In this document: positions 1 to 9,882 of the stretch, one piece after another
How the letters are laid out: each line of letters starts with the position of its first letter
Numbering within the stretch: position 1 is the stretch's first letter
Origin: Thermoproteota archaeon
GTDB lineage: Archaea; Korarchaeota; Korarchaeia; B14-G2
Assembly: GCA_037917675.1 (NCBI GenBank)
Contig: JAVCBW010000008.1
Coordinates: 1 to 64,000 of the forward strand
DNA length: 64,000 bases
Direction of reading: 5' to 3'
Made by a program: the position numbers and the translations under genes
The notes under the pieces: generated by a model
The model's input: the letters and a program-made list of their open reading frames with translations, nothing else
Told to the model about the DNA's origin: nothing
The model's database searches: none

Positions 1-866
1 GGAGAAGCCTTACCTGCTGTAATCCTCATTCCAGAGAGCTCAATCAGCCCCTTCACCTTATAGTAGTGTACTGCATCTATCTCATTAGATACATACACCA
101 TGGGCTTTTCGAGAGTGAAGTTGTAGAAGTGTGCATCTAGCCCTACTAGCCCAGGGATCTCATCTACTCCCTCAAATGTCACAGTGATCTCATACTGGTA
201 TATGTTCCCATTCTCAGGCCAAATCCACCTCACCATGTCTCCAGTCTGCTCATGGGGCTCTATCTCGTCTCCGAAGTCATCTATAGCTATAGCCTTTACA
301 GCCTCCACACCAGGTCCAAGCTTAAACACCATCTCATCTATCCATGCAGCAGGGTCTTCATAGTGCCATACATCTAGGAACGTGAACTTTATGCCTTCCT
401 CAACCCTCTCCCAGTTCCTAGCTCTAGGCCAGTACACTAGGAACTCCTGGTAGAAGCTGTGCTCCTCTTCATCGAGCTTAAAGCCCTGGAATGCAATGTA
501 CAGCATATAGTCTGGCTCATAGACAGTGAAGGCTGTTCCATTATGGTAGCCCAGCCCAATGAGGGTGTAGAAGTCCACTATTAGATTCCCCTGGGAAAGC
601 AGCTCAAATCCCCTCTGGACTGCAGGATCGCTCTTATACTCCTCCCACTCCTCTGGGGTAAGCTCCCTAGTTGCCCCTCCGAGCTCTCCCCATATTATCT
701 TGATCTTGTTCCTGTATATCATCGTCCCGTTGGCGAGGATAACAAACTCCTGTACCCCATGCCATAGGTAGCCTTCTTGAGCTACAGCTACACTTACTCC
801 AGCATAGGCTGCTGTCAGCAGCGCTATGGCAGCTAGCAGAGCAGCTAGCAGCTTTCTCCTCACCAT
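1..866 (-). CDS. Secreted/surface hypothetical protein, partial (runs off the left edge; absent from the ORF track)
   Basis: Manual translation from ATG at 866 gives MVRRKLLAALLAAIALLTAAYAGVSVAVAQEGYLWHGVQEF..., a signal-peptide-like N-terminus. The frame stays open to the window edge. Confidence 0.75.
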   Translation of the reverse strand, partial: MVRRKLLAALLAAIALLTAAYAGVSVAVAQEGYLWHGVQEFVILANGTMIYRNKIKIIWGELGGATRELTPEEWEEYKSDPAVQRGFELLSQGNLIVDFYTLIGLGYHNGTAFTVYEPDYMLYIAFQGFKLDEEEHSFYQEFLVYWPRARNWERVEEGIKFTFLDVWHYEDPAAWIDEMVFKLGPGVEAVKAIAIDDFGDEIEPHEQTGDMVRWIWPENGNIYQYEITVTFEGVDEIPGLVGLDAHFYNFTLEKPMVYVSNEIDAVHYYKVKGLIELSGMRITAGKAS

Positions 867-983
867 ACATACACCTCAAGCAGGCACATGATGTCAGCAT
901 CTCATGGGGTGTATTAAGCTTGACCTAAGCAGTGGAGAGCCCTGACATTGGAAGCTGCATGCTACATCAGCCTCCAGCTAAAG

Positions 984-3179
984 CTAGCTTTCGAAGGTTA
1001 TGCTCCATAACTCCTCGATTTCATCTGAATCTACCATGTGATCTCTGTCCGCATCTACCCAACCGACTACTACAGCCTTAGTGTTCAGGAAGACGTCTAT
1101 GTTACTGAGCAGGTATAGTGTAGCAGCTCTAGTCCCATACCTGGTTATCCCCTCTAGCATTATGAGATAGCCTCTCCTATACCTCTGTACTAGCGCTATA
1201 CCATAGTCTCTACTACCCCACATGCCTGGTGTGAACTCGAACTCCCTTTCTCCTACGAGCATGATGATGCTGCTGTCTTCTCTCCTAAACTGAAGCCAGC
1301 TTGGATTCCACTCTCTAGCCTTCCTATTGGAGAAGGGGCCTCCAACCACTATCCTGTCTACTAGGCTCTTGCCTCTTGAACCTATCAGCTCTGCTATCTC
1401 CCTGTCTGCGTCTGTTTCAGCTGTGACCTTGCCATTCTCAAGTGCGGCTCTCAGCCTGAGTGAAGGATAGCTAACTGGGTCTGCTCCAGCTCTGATCATC
1501 AGAGCTGGATCCCCGAGTAGACACATAGCGAACACGTTTTTCCTCGTCGCCTCATCGTCATATGAGCTGCCTGCAACGAGCATCGATATCTTGGCATTAT
1601 AGAGTGCTGACCCAGGGAAGTAGTTGCCCTCCTGGAAGATCTCCTTCCAGAACTCGTACTGCTGCCACTCTCTCCCAGTCCATATAGTCCTCGTTGCTCC
1701 TATGTATGCTACTGCTGAGCCATCTGGGTCCTTCATGAGCATCTCACCGAAGTAGTATGGCACTCCAAGCATGTCGAAAGCGTTGCTTGCGCAAGCATAG
1801 ACGAACGCTATGAAGCCTCTCCCCTGGAGTGTGAGCGTGTCTCTTATGCTGAGTATAGTCTCTCCACCTACCATCCTGGTGGCAAGCTCATACTCGTTGC
1901 CATGTGACCCAATGCTGACGAGCTGAGGGTCATATGTATTTATCGCCTTTAGGACACTAGAGTGCGTGAGGTTCCCATACCTCTCATATATCTTGATGAC
2001 TTCTACATCTGGTGGAGCGAACTTAGCTATGTAGTCTGCTATCTTCGAAGTGTCTTCATACTCATGTGTCTGGCAGCCTATCAGCAGCATGGTGAGCTTC
2101 TCAGGCGCTCTCTTCTCATAGCTCACTATCTTAGCAAGCATCTCTCTCAGCTCATCTGTGGTCCTGACGCAGAGCCTCCCCACATAGACCTCAGGAAACC
2201 AGTCAACCTCGTTTTCAGTAGAATTTCTCCTAGACTCCCCATATACTCCATCCCTGTCTTCGTCCCATGTGCCATCTAGGCAGGCATAGTACATGTCGGT
2301 TGGAGTATAGCCGACTGGTTGCTCGATGACTCCAAGCCTCTCTACCCCATCTGGGTTGTAAACATACCTCACTGGAATCTCCCATGACTTGTCAACCAGA
2401 TACCTAGGCTCCTTACTCATGTCATCTGGGTCAGCATCTCCAACTAGGAGGACCCACTTGACAGCACTTCTCCCATAGAGCTGCTTTATGTAGCTCCTCA
2501 CCTTCTCAGCTGAGTCTCTTCCACCTCGTGTCCTAAGGATATCCTCTAGCGTAGCAACCTCCACCCTAAAACCCAGCGACCTCTTCCAGTTCACAAAGCT
2601 CTGGAGGGTCTCAAGGAACATCTCTCTCGTTATAATCAGGTAGTCTACTGACATGTATACTGGCCTATAGCTTTCAAGCTCCCATGGGTTCAAGACGTTC
2701 CTCTCAATCCACCTCTTGACAGGAGGCATCTCATAAGGATAGACATAGCTTGCTGGCTTCAGCTTCAGCTTCAGCTTCACCCTCCTAACGAGCTCAGCTC
2801 TAAGCCCCTGGAGCCTCACTGCTCCAATAGACAAGAGAGCTATCCTATAGCCTCTGAACCCATAGGTTCCACCATACTCCAGTAGCTCCCCGCTGCTGAA
2901 GGAGAACCCCTCTCCTAGAGGCTCTACACTGACTGGCTCAGCTAGCACCTCACTGATCTCCCAGCCATTAGGCACAAGAAGCGCAAGCCCATACCTATGA
3001 ACCTCCACAGCAGGGTGGAAGCTCAGGTGTAGCTCTCCACCCTCAATCCACACTCTAGGCTTTGGGATATCTACTGTAAGCTCTAGACTCCTCTCCAGTC
3101 CTGCTGCAGGATAGGCAAGCATGGCAGACAGCGTGATGATCGAGGCTAAGGCCAGAGCCTCAGCTATCTTCAAACACAC
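984..3179 (-). CDS. C25 (gingipain-like) cysteine peptidase with signal peptide, propeptide-like region and S-layer-type C-terminal domain
   Basis: DYLIIT...WKRSLGFRV, VLLVGDA, TDMYYA.LDG, EVYVGRL, catalytic-dyad-like SHG and ACAS, AVAYIGATR, LLGDPAL. Confidence 0.85.
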   Translation of the reverse strand: MCLKIAEALALASIITLSAMLAYPAAGLERSLELTVDIPKPRVWIEGGELHLSFHPAVEVHRYGLALLVPNGWEISEVLAEPVSVEPLGEGFSFSSGELLEYGGTYGFRGYRIALLSIGAVRLQGLRAELVRRVKLKLKLKPASYVYPYEMPPVKRWIERNVLNPWELESYRPVYMSVDYLIITREMFLETLQSFVNWKRSLGFRVEVATLEDILRTRGGRDSAEKVRSYIKQLYGRSAVKWVLLVGDADPDDMSKEPRYLVDKSWEIPVRYVYNPDGVERLGVIEQPVGYTPTDMYYACLDGTWDEDRDGVYGESRRNSTENEVDWFPEVYVGRLCVRTTDELREMLAKIVSYEKRAPEKLTMLLIGCQTHEYEDTSKIADYIAKFAPPDVEVIKIYERYGNLTHSSVLKAINTYDPQLVSIGSHGNEYELATRMVGGETILSIRDTLTLQGRGFIAFVYACASNAFDMLGVPYYFGEMLMKDPDGSAVAYIGATRTIWTGREWQQYEFWKEIFQEGNYFPGSALYNAKISMLVAGSSYDDEATRKNVFAMCLLGDPALMIRAGADPVSYPSLRLRAALENGKVTAETDADREIAELIGSRGKSLVDRIVVGGPFSNRKAREWNPSWLQFRREDSSIIMLVGEREFEFTPGMWGSRDYGIALVQRYRRGYLIMLEGITRYGTRAATLYLLSNIDVFLNTKAVVVGWVDADRDHMVDSDEIEELWSITFES

Positions 3180-3228
3180 CCCTAGCGGCCTAGAGGCACC
3201 TGTATTTAAGCTCGACTACATAGCTCCC

Positions 3229-4101
3229 CTAGAGCCCCAGAGCCTCTACAAGATCACTTAACCCTTCACCTGTCCTAACGCTCGTCTTCACAACCCTGAT
3301 CTCCGGGTTAAGCTCTCTGGCGTCCCTTTCAAGAAGGCCTGGGTCTACCCCCATCTCCTCTGCTAGATCAACCTTATTTATGACAGCTACATCAGCTTCC
3401 TTGAATATTATGGGATGCTTCCTAACCATGTGCTCACCTTCAGTCACGCTAACGACAACAACCTTCTCATGGGAGCCTAGCGGGAAGTCAGCTGGGCAGA
3501 TCAGGTTCCCTACGTTCTCGATGAGCAGGAGGTCTATCCCACTGAGGTCAAGCTGGTATAGGGCTCTCCTCAGGATGTTAGCGTCGAGATGGCACTCTCT
3601 CCCAGTATTAAGCTGGATCACAGGTATGCCATACCTGCCGACTCTGTCAGCATCAATTGTAGTAGTCAGGTCACCTGCCACATACCCTATCCTATACTGC
3701 CCCCTGAGCCTCCCGATTAAGGCTTCAATCAAGCTTGTCTTCCCAGAGCCAATAGACCCCATGAACTCTATAGCATAGACTCCATTCTCGTCGAGAAGCC
3801 TCCTATTCTCCTCAGCTATCCTTCTGTTGACCTCGAGTAGCCTCTCCTCGACCTCTATGTCAAGGATCTCATGTCTTTCAGCTTCAACAACTCTCGAAGG
3901 GTGCTTCCCGAGGCTAGTGTACGCGCTCCTTATGGCTTCAGCTGCCTTGCTCATGAGCTCAGCTGCAAGCTCAAGCTTCTGAGAGGCTTCAGCAGCCCCC
4001 CTCTCCATAGCCTCCCTGGCATACTCACGGATCTTCTCAGCATGCTCAGCAGTATGCTCATGATAGTGCTCCAGAGCCCTCCTAAGCCTTTCAGCGCTCA
4101 T
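3229..4101 (-). CDS. hypB: Hydrogenase nickel-insertion GTPase HypB with an extra N-terminal His-rich helical domain
   Basis: GSIGSGKTSL, ECHLDA, ENVGNLICPADFPLG, INKVDL. Confidence 0.93.
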   Translation of the reverse strand: MSAERLRRALEHYHEHTAEHAEKIREYAREAMERGAAEASQKLELAAELMSKAAEAIRSAYTSLGKHPSRVVEAERHEILDIEVEERLLEVNRRIAEENRRLLDENGVYAIEFMGSIGSGKTSLIEALIGRLRGQYRIGYVAGDLTTTIDADRVGRYGIPVIQLNTGRECHLDANILRRALYQLDLSGIDLLLIENVGNLICPADFPLGSHEKVVVVSVTEGEHMVRKHPIIFKEADVAVINKVDLAEEMGVDPGLLERDARELNPEIRVVKTSVRTGEGLSDLVEALGL

Positions 4102-4168
4102 CTAGCTTCCCAGAGCCCCCCTCTCTAGTTTAAAAACATGCTGGTAGGAGATCCTAAGTAAGCTTAGG

Positions 4169-4543
4169 CTATAGTATCTCTGCCTTTATGCTCTTGACAC
4201 AGCAACCTCTGCCATCAAGCATCTCTGTCTCAAGGCTTCTACAGGCTGGGCACTGGACCACAAGTGGAGGAAGGTGGCTTTCCAGCTCAGCTGATGCTGC
4301 CATGCCCTCATAGCCACACTTCAGGCACCTTATCACAGTCCTTCTGACTTCGAACCTGAGCTTCGCGTCCTCTACTATGGTTCCCTTAGATAGCACTTTG
4401 AACGAGAACTCCAGCTGCTCAAGGTTCAGGAGGCTAAGCTCACCTACCTCCAAGGTGACTTCAAGAACTCTCCTGGCGCCATGCTTTGCTGCCGCCTTAA
4501 GCACAGCCTCTAGAACTAGCTGTGCAACTGAGAATTCATGCAT
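4169..4543 (-). CDS. hypA: Hydrogenase nickel metallochaperone HypA
   Basis: N-terminal MHE motif, two CxxC motifs (CLKC, CPAC), GR near the C-terminus, adjacent to hypB. Confidence 0.95.
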   Translation of the reverse strand: MHEFSVAQLVLEAVLKAAAKHGARRVLEVTLEVGELSLLNLEQLEFSFKVLSKGTIVEDAKLRFEVRRTVIRCLKCGYEGMAASAELESHLPPLVVQCPACRSLETEMLDGRGCCVKSIKAEIL

Positions 4544-4642
4544 ACTGCCACCTGCTACCAGACCTATCTACGCAGCCTAAAAGCTTACATGTCTTACAGC
4601 GAGCCTTTTAAACTAGGGTATGCTTGGAGCCTGGTGGCTGGC

Positions 4643-4825
4643 ATGTGTGAGTTCAAGGTATTCCTTGGTGGTGAAGTGATCTTTGAGGATGTCATATACG
4701 CTAGCCAGGAGGGCTCCAACGTGGTTCTAGTAGACATACTTGGTGAGAAGAAGGTTGTGAGCTCATGTATCATAGCAGAGGTGGATGTGAGGAGAGAGAG
4801 GCTTGTGCTAAAGAAGCCTAGCTGA
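4643..4825 (+). CDS. cooT: CooT-family small nickel-binding protein (start revised to ATG 4643)
   Basis: MCEFKVFL...EDV...LVDILGEKK pattern with Cys2, GGTGG RBS upstream, divergent from hypA. Confidence 0.8.
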   Translation: MCEFKVFLGGEVIFEDVIYASQEGSNVVLVDILGEKKVVSSCIIAEVDVRRERLVLKKPS

Positions 4826-6116
4826 GAGCTGCAGCTGAAGAGAGCTTGATCTGCCTCCCTGCCTTCAGCAGCCTGCTCACCTGGAGCCAGGCTTCCAGAG
4901 GCATCAGCATCCTCTCTGATATATGCTCTAGGGCTTCCTCCAGGCTACTGTACCTAGCTGGCTTCTGCCTGAGCGCCAGCCTGACGCTCTCTCTCACCTG
5001 CCAGACTCCAAGTGGCATTATGTGCCCTGGGTAAGCCTCCCTCAGGACTATGGCTGCAGCCTGTCTCCTCCTCTCATAGAGGTGCTCTGCTACAGCTAGC
5101 CTAGCTGCATAGTAGCAGCCGCCTATGCTAGCATAGCTTGACCTCCCATAGTAGCCTTCCCAGTCTGAGCCTATAGCTATGCTTTCGCTGCTAGGGTTCC
5201 ATGCAGTATAGGGGTACCATGCCTCTATAAGCTCATAGCTCCATGGTCTTGGAGCAAGCACTACAATAAACTTGTTGTCAAGCTTCTCAGCCTCATAGAC
5301 CTCATACTCACCTAGCTCCTCAAGACACCTCACCTCTGAGGCCAGCTTCAAGCCTATCATGGAGTCTACTGCTGTTATGCTCCACCTAGTTGGGACAAGC
5401 TTCCTCTGGCTTTTCAAGCCTAGTGCACCTAGGCTGAGAGCTCTTATTATGGCTGAGATAGGCACACCACTCTTATAGAGCTCAAGCACAGCTTCAGATG
5501 CCCTGAGATCCATGTCCTCATAGGCTTTCTCAACTCTCCTATCCACCTTAACGCCTTCTGTCCTGATATCCCTGAGTGGAGCTGAGGGGCCGAATGGCTG
5601 TGAGTCTGGGTCTAGCGGCATCCTGAAGGCTGGCTTAGACCTAAGCTCCATTTCAACCTCAGCTGGCCTAGACGATATCCCTAGCTCCACGATCTCCTCT
5701 AGCCTCCTGCCACGAGGCCTCCTAGCATCAACCTCAGCTACCCCCCTCACGAGTGAGAGCCTCCCTCTAACTATCTGCTCTCTGCTAAGCTGAAGCCACC
5801 TCTCAGGCTCAGCTAGAACTGAAGTATCACCTCTATAAGGTGGGACCAGAGCGCCTACCGTCACTCTAGGATATCTAGCTCTCCCAATAAAGACATCTGG
5901 TGGGCTGCTCCCACCTACCTCCATGCTCTGGAGGAGTGGAGCTAGTGGCGTATAGGCTTTCAGCTTGAAGAGCACTGGGCAGGCAGGTCTCCCACAGAGG
6001 AGCTTTACACCTCTACAGTGTAGGCAGCTGGCTTTCTGGCTCTGGTAGCCTAGGCTAAGCCACCTGTCTAGGCTCTTCCTCCAGGGTGCTCTAGCTCTGA
6101 ACCTCTTAGCTGGCAG
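4818..6116 (-). CDS. nreA: NreA (DUF650/DUF651) PCNA-interacting DNA repair protein; start probably non-canonical, upstream of the tracked GTG
   Basis: GSSPP.VFIGR..YP, RKLVPTRWSITAVDS, GGCYYAARLAVAEHL, PLGVWQVRE, C-terminal PIP-like QIKL. The in-frame upstream CLHCRGVKLLCGRPACP has no ATG/GTG/TTG before it; CTG at 6116 is proposed. Confidence 0.85.
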   Translation of the reverse strand: MPAKRFRARAPWRKSLDRWLSLGYQSQKASCLHCRGVKLLCGRPACPVLFKLKAYTPLAPLLQSMEVGGSSPPDVFIGRARYPRVTVGALVPPYRGDTSVLAEPERWLQLSREQIVRGRLSLVRGVAEVDARRPRGRRLEEIVELGISSRPAEVEMELRSKPAFRMPLDPDSQPFGPSAPLRDIRTEGVKVDRRVEKAYEDMDLRASEAVLELYKSGVPISAIIRALSLGALGLKSQRKLVPTRWSITAVDSMIGLKLASEVRCLEELGEYEVYEAEKLDNKFIVVLAPRPWSYELIEAWYPYTAWNPSSESIAIGSDWEGYYGRSSYASIGGCYYAARLAVAEHLYERRRQAAAIVLREAYPGHIMPLGVWQVRESVRLALRQKPARYSSLEEALEHISERMLMPLEAWLQVSRLLKAGRQIKLSSAAALS

Positions 6117-6151
6117 CCTCCTGCACCTAGCCTACCAGGAGGGCAGCTGCT

Positions 6152-6547
6152 CTAAATCTGCTGGCGTCCCTCCATTCTCTCTGTCCAGCTCCTTATTATG
6201 CTCTCAACTCTCGTGGCAGCTGTCTCGAGGACGAGGAAGAAGAGGCCTCTCACAGGGTTCCTGCCTGTCAAGGCTGCTATAACAGCATCCCCTGCCCCAA
6301 CAACTATCAGGTCGCCGTTCTCTCCACTTGCCATGACCTTCTTTAAGCCTCCTCTCCCAGTCCTGGTTAGAGCGTTCTCTGATGTAGCTAAGAGCGTGGC
6401 AGCCATAGCTGCAAGCTGCTCACTATCAACTCCCTCAGTCATCTCAGCTGCCATCAGAAGCCCATCTCTACCAGCTACAAGCACACCCTCTAAGTCAGGT
6501 AAGTTCTCCCTGACATCTGAAAGTACATTCTTAAGCTGTATGTACAT
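6152..6547 (-). CDS. Roadblock/LC7 (MglB-like) domain protein; start uncertain (6547-6574)
   Basis: LEGVLVAGRDGLLMA, EQLAAMAATLL, GGLKKVMASGENG pattern. Confidence 0.85.
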   Translation of the reverse strand: MYIQLKNVLSDVRENLPDLEGVLVAGRDGLLMAAEMTEGVDSEQLAAMAATLLATSENALTRTGRGGLKKVMASGENGDLIVVGAGDAVIAALTGRNPVRGLFFLVLETAATRVESIIRSWTERMEGRQQI

Positions 6548-6617
6548 GCTTTCTCTCACATACATGCACCACACCCTAATCTACTGGCTTTTTAAAAGAT
6601 ATGCTTTTTCACATACG

Positions 6618-8021
6618 ATGCAGGCTCAGCTCACAGCTATACTGCCAAGAGCAGGCAGGCTAGAGCACATAGCTGAGAGAGCTAAGGATGCTATGGCCTT
6701 AGTCTACGGAGGATGTAGGACAGCTGATGTACATGGGATGCTGGTGGCTCTCTCGAGAGGAGATCTAGCTGAGGGAGCTTGTACTCTGGTATCAAGCCAG
6801 GTTGAGGGGACATACCTAGAGAAGGCAGATGCACACGCCCTCCTAGAGGAGTACCTGAAGTCAGAGAGTGGCTTCATGACATCCATCAGGTCTCTGATGC
6901 AGAGTGAGCGTGGCCTACTCTCTCTAGTGATAGCGTCAAGGCACTACTTAGCTGCAGCAAGAGACCCAGCTGGCACAACCCCGCTCTACTATGCTAGCAC
7001 CCCTCTATACCTGGCAGTATCAACATCACCTCTCATCCTAGAGCTCTGCGGCTTCAAGAGCTACGCAAGCATACCAGCTGGATGCTGCTTAGCTGGAGAT
7101 CGAGCAGGAGAGGTCATAGCTCCCCTGACAAGCCTACTGTGGTGTAGGGGTGAGGGGTCTGCCAGAGAGGTGCTGAGGAAGCTCATGCTGCAGCTTTCAC
7201 ACTTAGAGAGGGCTGCAGTCATGTTTTCAGGCGGCCTAGACAGCTCTGTGCTAGCTGCAGCAATGAGGGACTCAGGATGCAGCATCGAGCTCTACACTTG
7301 TGCAGCCAGGGAGTCAGCTGACGAGCAGGCTGCACTTGAGGCAGCAGAAGCTCTAGGGCTCAAGCTCAACCTGGTGGAGCTCAGTGAGCAGGCTATCGAG
7401 GATAGGCTACCAGCTGTCTTAGCTCATACCTGTAAGCCTACCTTGATGGATGCTAGCATAGCAGTCCCAATACACATAGCTTCCCAGGAGGCCTCCTCCA
7501 GAGGCTTCAGGATCGCAGCCATAGGCCAGGGGGCAGATGAGCTCTTCGGTGGATACGCGAGGTTCGCTTGGAGGCTGAGAGAAAGCGGCTCAAGGGGGGC
7601 TCTAGACTCCATTGAAGCCAGCATACTCCAGCTTCAGAGAGGCTTTGAGAGAGACTACGCTGCCATCTCTGCAGCTGGCCTAGAGCTATCAGCCCCCTAT
7701 GTCTCACAGATGATAGCTGGAGAAGCTATTTCAGCTCCACTGGCTGCGAAGGTCCTAGCTGACGGCTCGAGGAAGCTTCTGCTGAGAGAGGTCGCTAGGA
7801 GCCTCGGGATCCCAGAGAGCATAGCTGAGAGGCCAAAGAAGGCAGTTCAGTATGGAAGCCTGTCAGAGAAGCTCATAAAGAAGGCTGCTGAGAGGAGAGG
7901 GTACAGGAGGGCAAGCGAGGTAGCCTACTACCTGAGAGCTCTAGGCGAGGAGGCTAAGCTCAAGCTGATAAGAGAGCTTACATCGCTTTCAACAGTTTCA
8001 GCAAGCAAGATTTTAAGCTAG
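6618..8021 (+). CDS. Asparagine synthetase-like ATP pyrophosphatase with a degenerate N-terminal glutaminase domain (start revised to ATG 6618)
   Basis: ARDPAGTTPLYY, FSGGLDSS, GQGADELFGGY, RPKKAVQYGS. No N-terminal Met-Cys. Confidence 0.8.
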   Translation: MQAQLTAILPRAGRLEHIAERAKDAMALVYGGCRTADVHGMLVALSRGDLAEGACTLVSSQVEGTYLEKADAHALLEEYLKSESGFMTSIRSLMQSERGLLSLVIASRHYLAAARDPAGTTPLYYASTPLYLAVSTSPLILELCGFKSYASIPAGCCLAGDRAGEVIAPLTSLLWCRGEGSAREVLRKLMLQLSHLERAAVMFSGGLDSSVLAAAMRDSGCSIELYTCAARESADEQAALEAAEALGLKLNLVELSEQAIEDRLPAVLAHTCKPTLMDASIAVPIHIASQEASSRGFRIAAIGQGADELFGGYARFAWRLRESGSRGALDSIEASILQLQRGFERDYAAISAAGLELSAPYVSQMIAGEAISAPLAAKVLADGSRKLLLREVARSLGIPESIAERPKKAVQYGSLSEKLIKKAAERRGYRRASEVAYYLRALGEEAKLKLIRELTSLSTVSASKILS

Positions 8022-8047
8022 AGTAGAGCAGCCTACTGGGGCAGGCT

Positions 8048-9874
8048 TTGTGTGGCATAGTAGGCTGCATACTCCAGGGAGGCAGCAGGGTGGCTATAGT
8101 CCTCAGAGAGGCTCTGAAGTCCCTCGAGTACAGGGGCTATGACTCAGTTGGGGTAGCCGTCTATTCAGATGGCAAGATCATAGTGAGGAAGGATGCTGGC
8201 AAGCTAGAGGAGGTAGACAGGAAGCTGAGCTTCCAGGAGCTCAAGGGGAGCATAGGGATAGGCCACACTAGGTGGGCTACACATGGGAGGCCAAGCCAGG
8301 AGAACGCCCACCCCCACCTAGACTGTACTGGGGCCATAGCTGTAGCTCACAACGGGATAATAGAGAACTACTCTGAGCTGAAGAGTGAGCTGAAAGCTAG
8401 AGGACACACCTTCAGGTCTGAGACAGACAGCGAGGTCATCCCACACCTCATCGAGGAGGGCTTAAAGAGGGGATTAGAGCTCTATGAGGCCTTTAAGCAG
8501 GCTGTATCGAGGCTAGAGGGCTCCTATGCCCTGGTCATGATGTCCACGAAAGACCCCAAGAGAATCTACTTCGCTAGGAAAGACAGCCCCCTAGTCCTAG
8601 GGCTAGCTAAGAAAGCATGCTACATCTGCTCAGACATACCTGCAATCCTAGGCTACACTCGTGACATAGTAACATTGAGAAACTATGACATAGGCTACAT
8701 CGGGGTAGGAGAGCTCTGGATAGAGAACCTCAGGCTGAAGGCTCCAGTAAAGAGAGCTCCAATGAAGGTCACATGGTCAGCTGAGGCAGCTCAGAAGGGA
8801 GGCTACCCACACTTCATGCTCAAGGAGATACATGAGCAGCCGACATCACTCAGAGAGAACTCCAGGATAAGCAGAGAGCAGATCGAGAAGGTAGCCAAGC
8901 AGATAGTTGATGCAGACAGCGTGCTGCTGATTGCAGCTGGCACATCATACCACGCTTGCCTAGCTGGAGCAATCCAGCTCCTAACATATCTTAGAAAGCC
9001 TATATCAGCCATGGTATCCTCAGAGGTACAGTTCATGAAGCCCCACATAGATGCTGAGACAGCTGTCATAGCAGTATCTCAGAGCGGTGAGACGATGGAT
9101 ACGCTGAAAGCCATGAGGTACGCTAAGAAGATGGGGGCTAAGGTACTCTCAATAGTAAACGTGTTCGGCTCAACCATACACAGGGAGGCAGACTACACAG
9201 TGGTCATGTTTGCAGGCCCAGAGATCGGTGTCGCTGCTACAAAGACCTTCACAGCACAAGTCCACACGCTCAGCTTGATCTCCGTCAAGGCAGCTGAGCT
9301 ATCTGGAGCAGTAGGCTACACTGAAGCCCTGGAGCTAGAAAAGCAGCTCAGAGTGATATGGAAGGCTGCAGGAGAGGTTATAAGGAGATCTGAGATTAAG
9401 GCTAAGGTTCTGGCAGAGTACTTCGCTAGAAGGCACAGCTGCTTCTACCTAGGCAGGGGGATAGGCCTGCCTACAGCCCTAGAGGGAGCCCTGAAGATGA
9501 AGGAGATAGCATACGTGCATGCTGAAGGCTATCCTGCAGGGGAGTCTAAGCATGGCCCTATAGCCCTAGTAGAGGTAGGCTTCCCAGTAGTCTTCATAGC
9601 CCCAGGAGACGAGACGAGAGCTAAGATAGCTGGGAACATAGAGGAGATGTCAGCTAGGGGAGCTAAGCCGATCATAGTATGCGAGGAAGGAGACAAGATT
9701 GCAGAGTACACCCAGCCAGGATGGGTGTTCCAGATTCCACCAGGATACTCTCCTCTCTTCTCACCGATACTCTACGTACTGCCACTTCAGCTCCTAGCAT
9801 ACTACACTGCCATAACAAGGGGATATGACCCAGATAAGCCAAGGAACCTAGCTAAGAGCGTGACTGTAGAGTAG
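8048..9874 (+). CDS. glmS: Glutamine-fructose-6-phosphate transaminase (isomerizing)
   Basis: MCGIVG, LEYRGYDS, GHTRWATHG, SQSGET, C-terminal PRNLAKSVTVE. Confidence 0.98.
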   Translation: MCGIVGCILQGGSRVAIVLREALKSLEYRGYDSVGVAVYSDGKIIVRKDAGKLEEVDRKLSFQELKGSIGIGHTRWATHGRPSQENAHPHLDCTGAIAVAHNGIIENYSELKSELKARGHTFRSETDSEVIPHLIEEGLKRGLELYEAFKQAVSRLEGSYALVMMSTKDPKRIYFARKDSPLVLGLAKKACYICSDIPAILGYTRDIVTLRNYDIGYIGVGELWIENLRLKAPVKRAPMKVTWSAEAAQKGGYPHFMLKEIHEQPTSLRENSRISREQIEKVAKQIVDADSVLLIAAGTSYHACLAGAIQLLTYLRKPISAMVSSEVQFMKPHIDAETAVIAVSQSGETMDTLKAMRYAKKMGAKVLSIVNVFGSTIHREADYTVVMFAGPEIGVAATKTFTAQVHTLSLISVKAAELSGAVGYTEALELEKQLRVIWKAAGEVIRRSEIKAKVLAEYFARRHSCFYLGRGIGLPTALEGALKMKEIAYVHAEGYPAGESKHGPIALVEVGFPVVFIAPGDETRAKIAGNIEEMSARGAKPIIVCEEGDKIAEYTQPGWVFQIPPGYSPLFSPILYVLPLQLLAYYTAITRGYDPDKPRNLAKSVTVE

Positions 9875-9882
9875 GTGGTAGC

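Noticed and set aside
667-900. 77-aa ORF from the track
   Set aside because: It is an alternative frame of the longer signal-peptide ORF starting at 866.
6198-6617. 140-aa N-terminal extension of the AsnB-like ORF
   Set aside because: It is the antisense shadow of the Roadblock gene and crosses the AT-rich divergent promoter.
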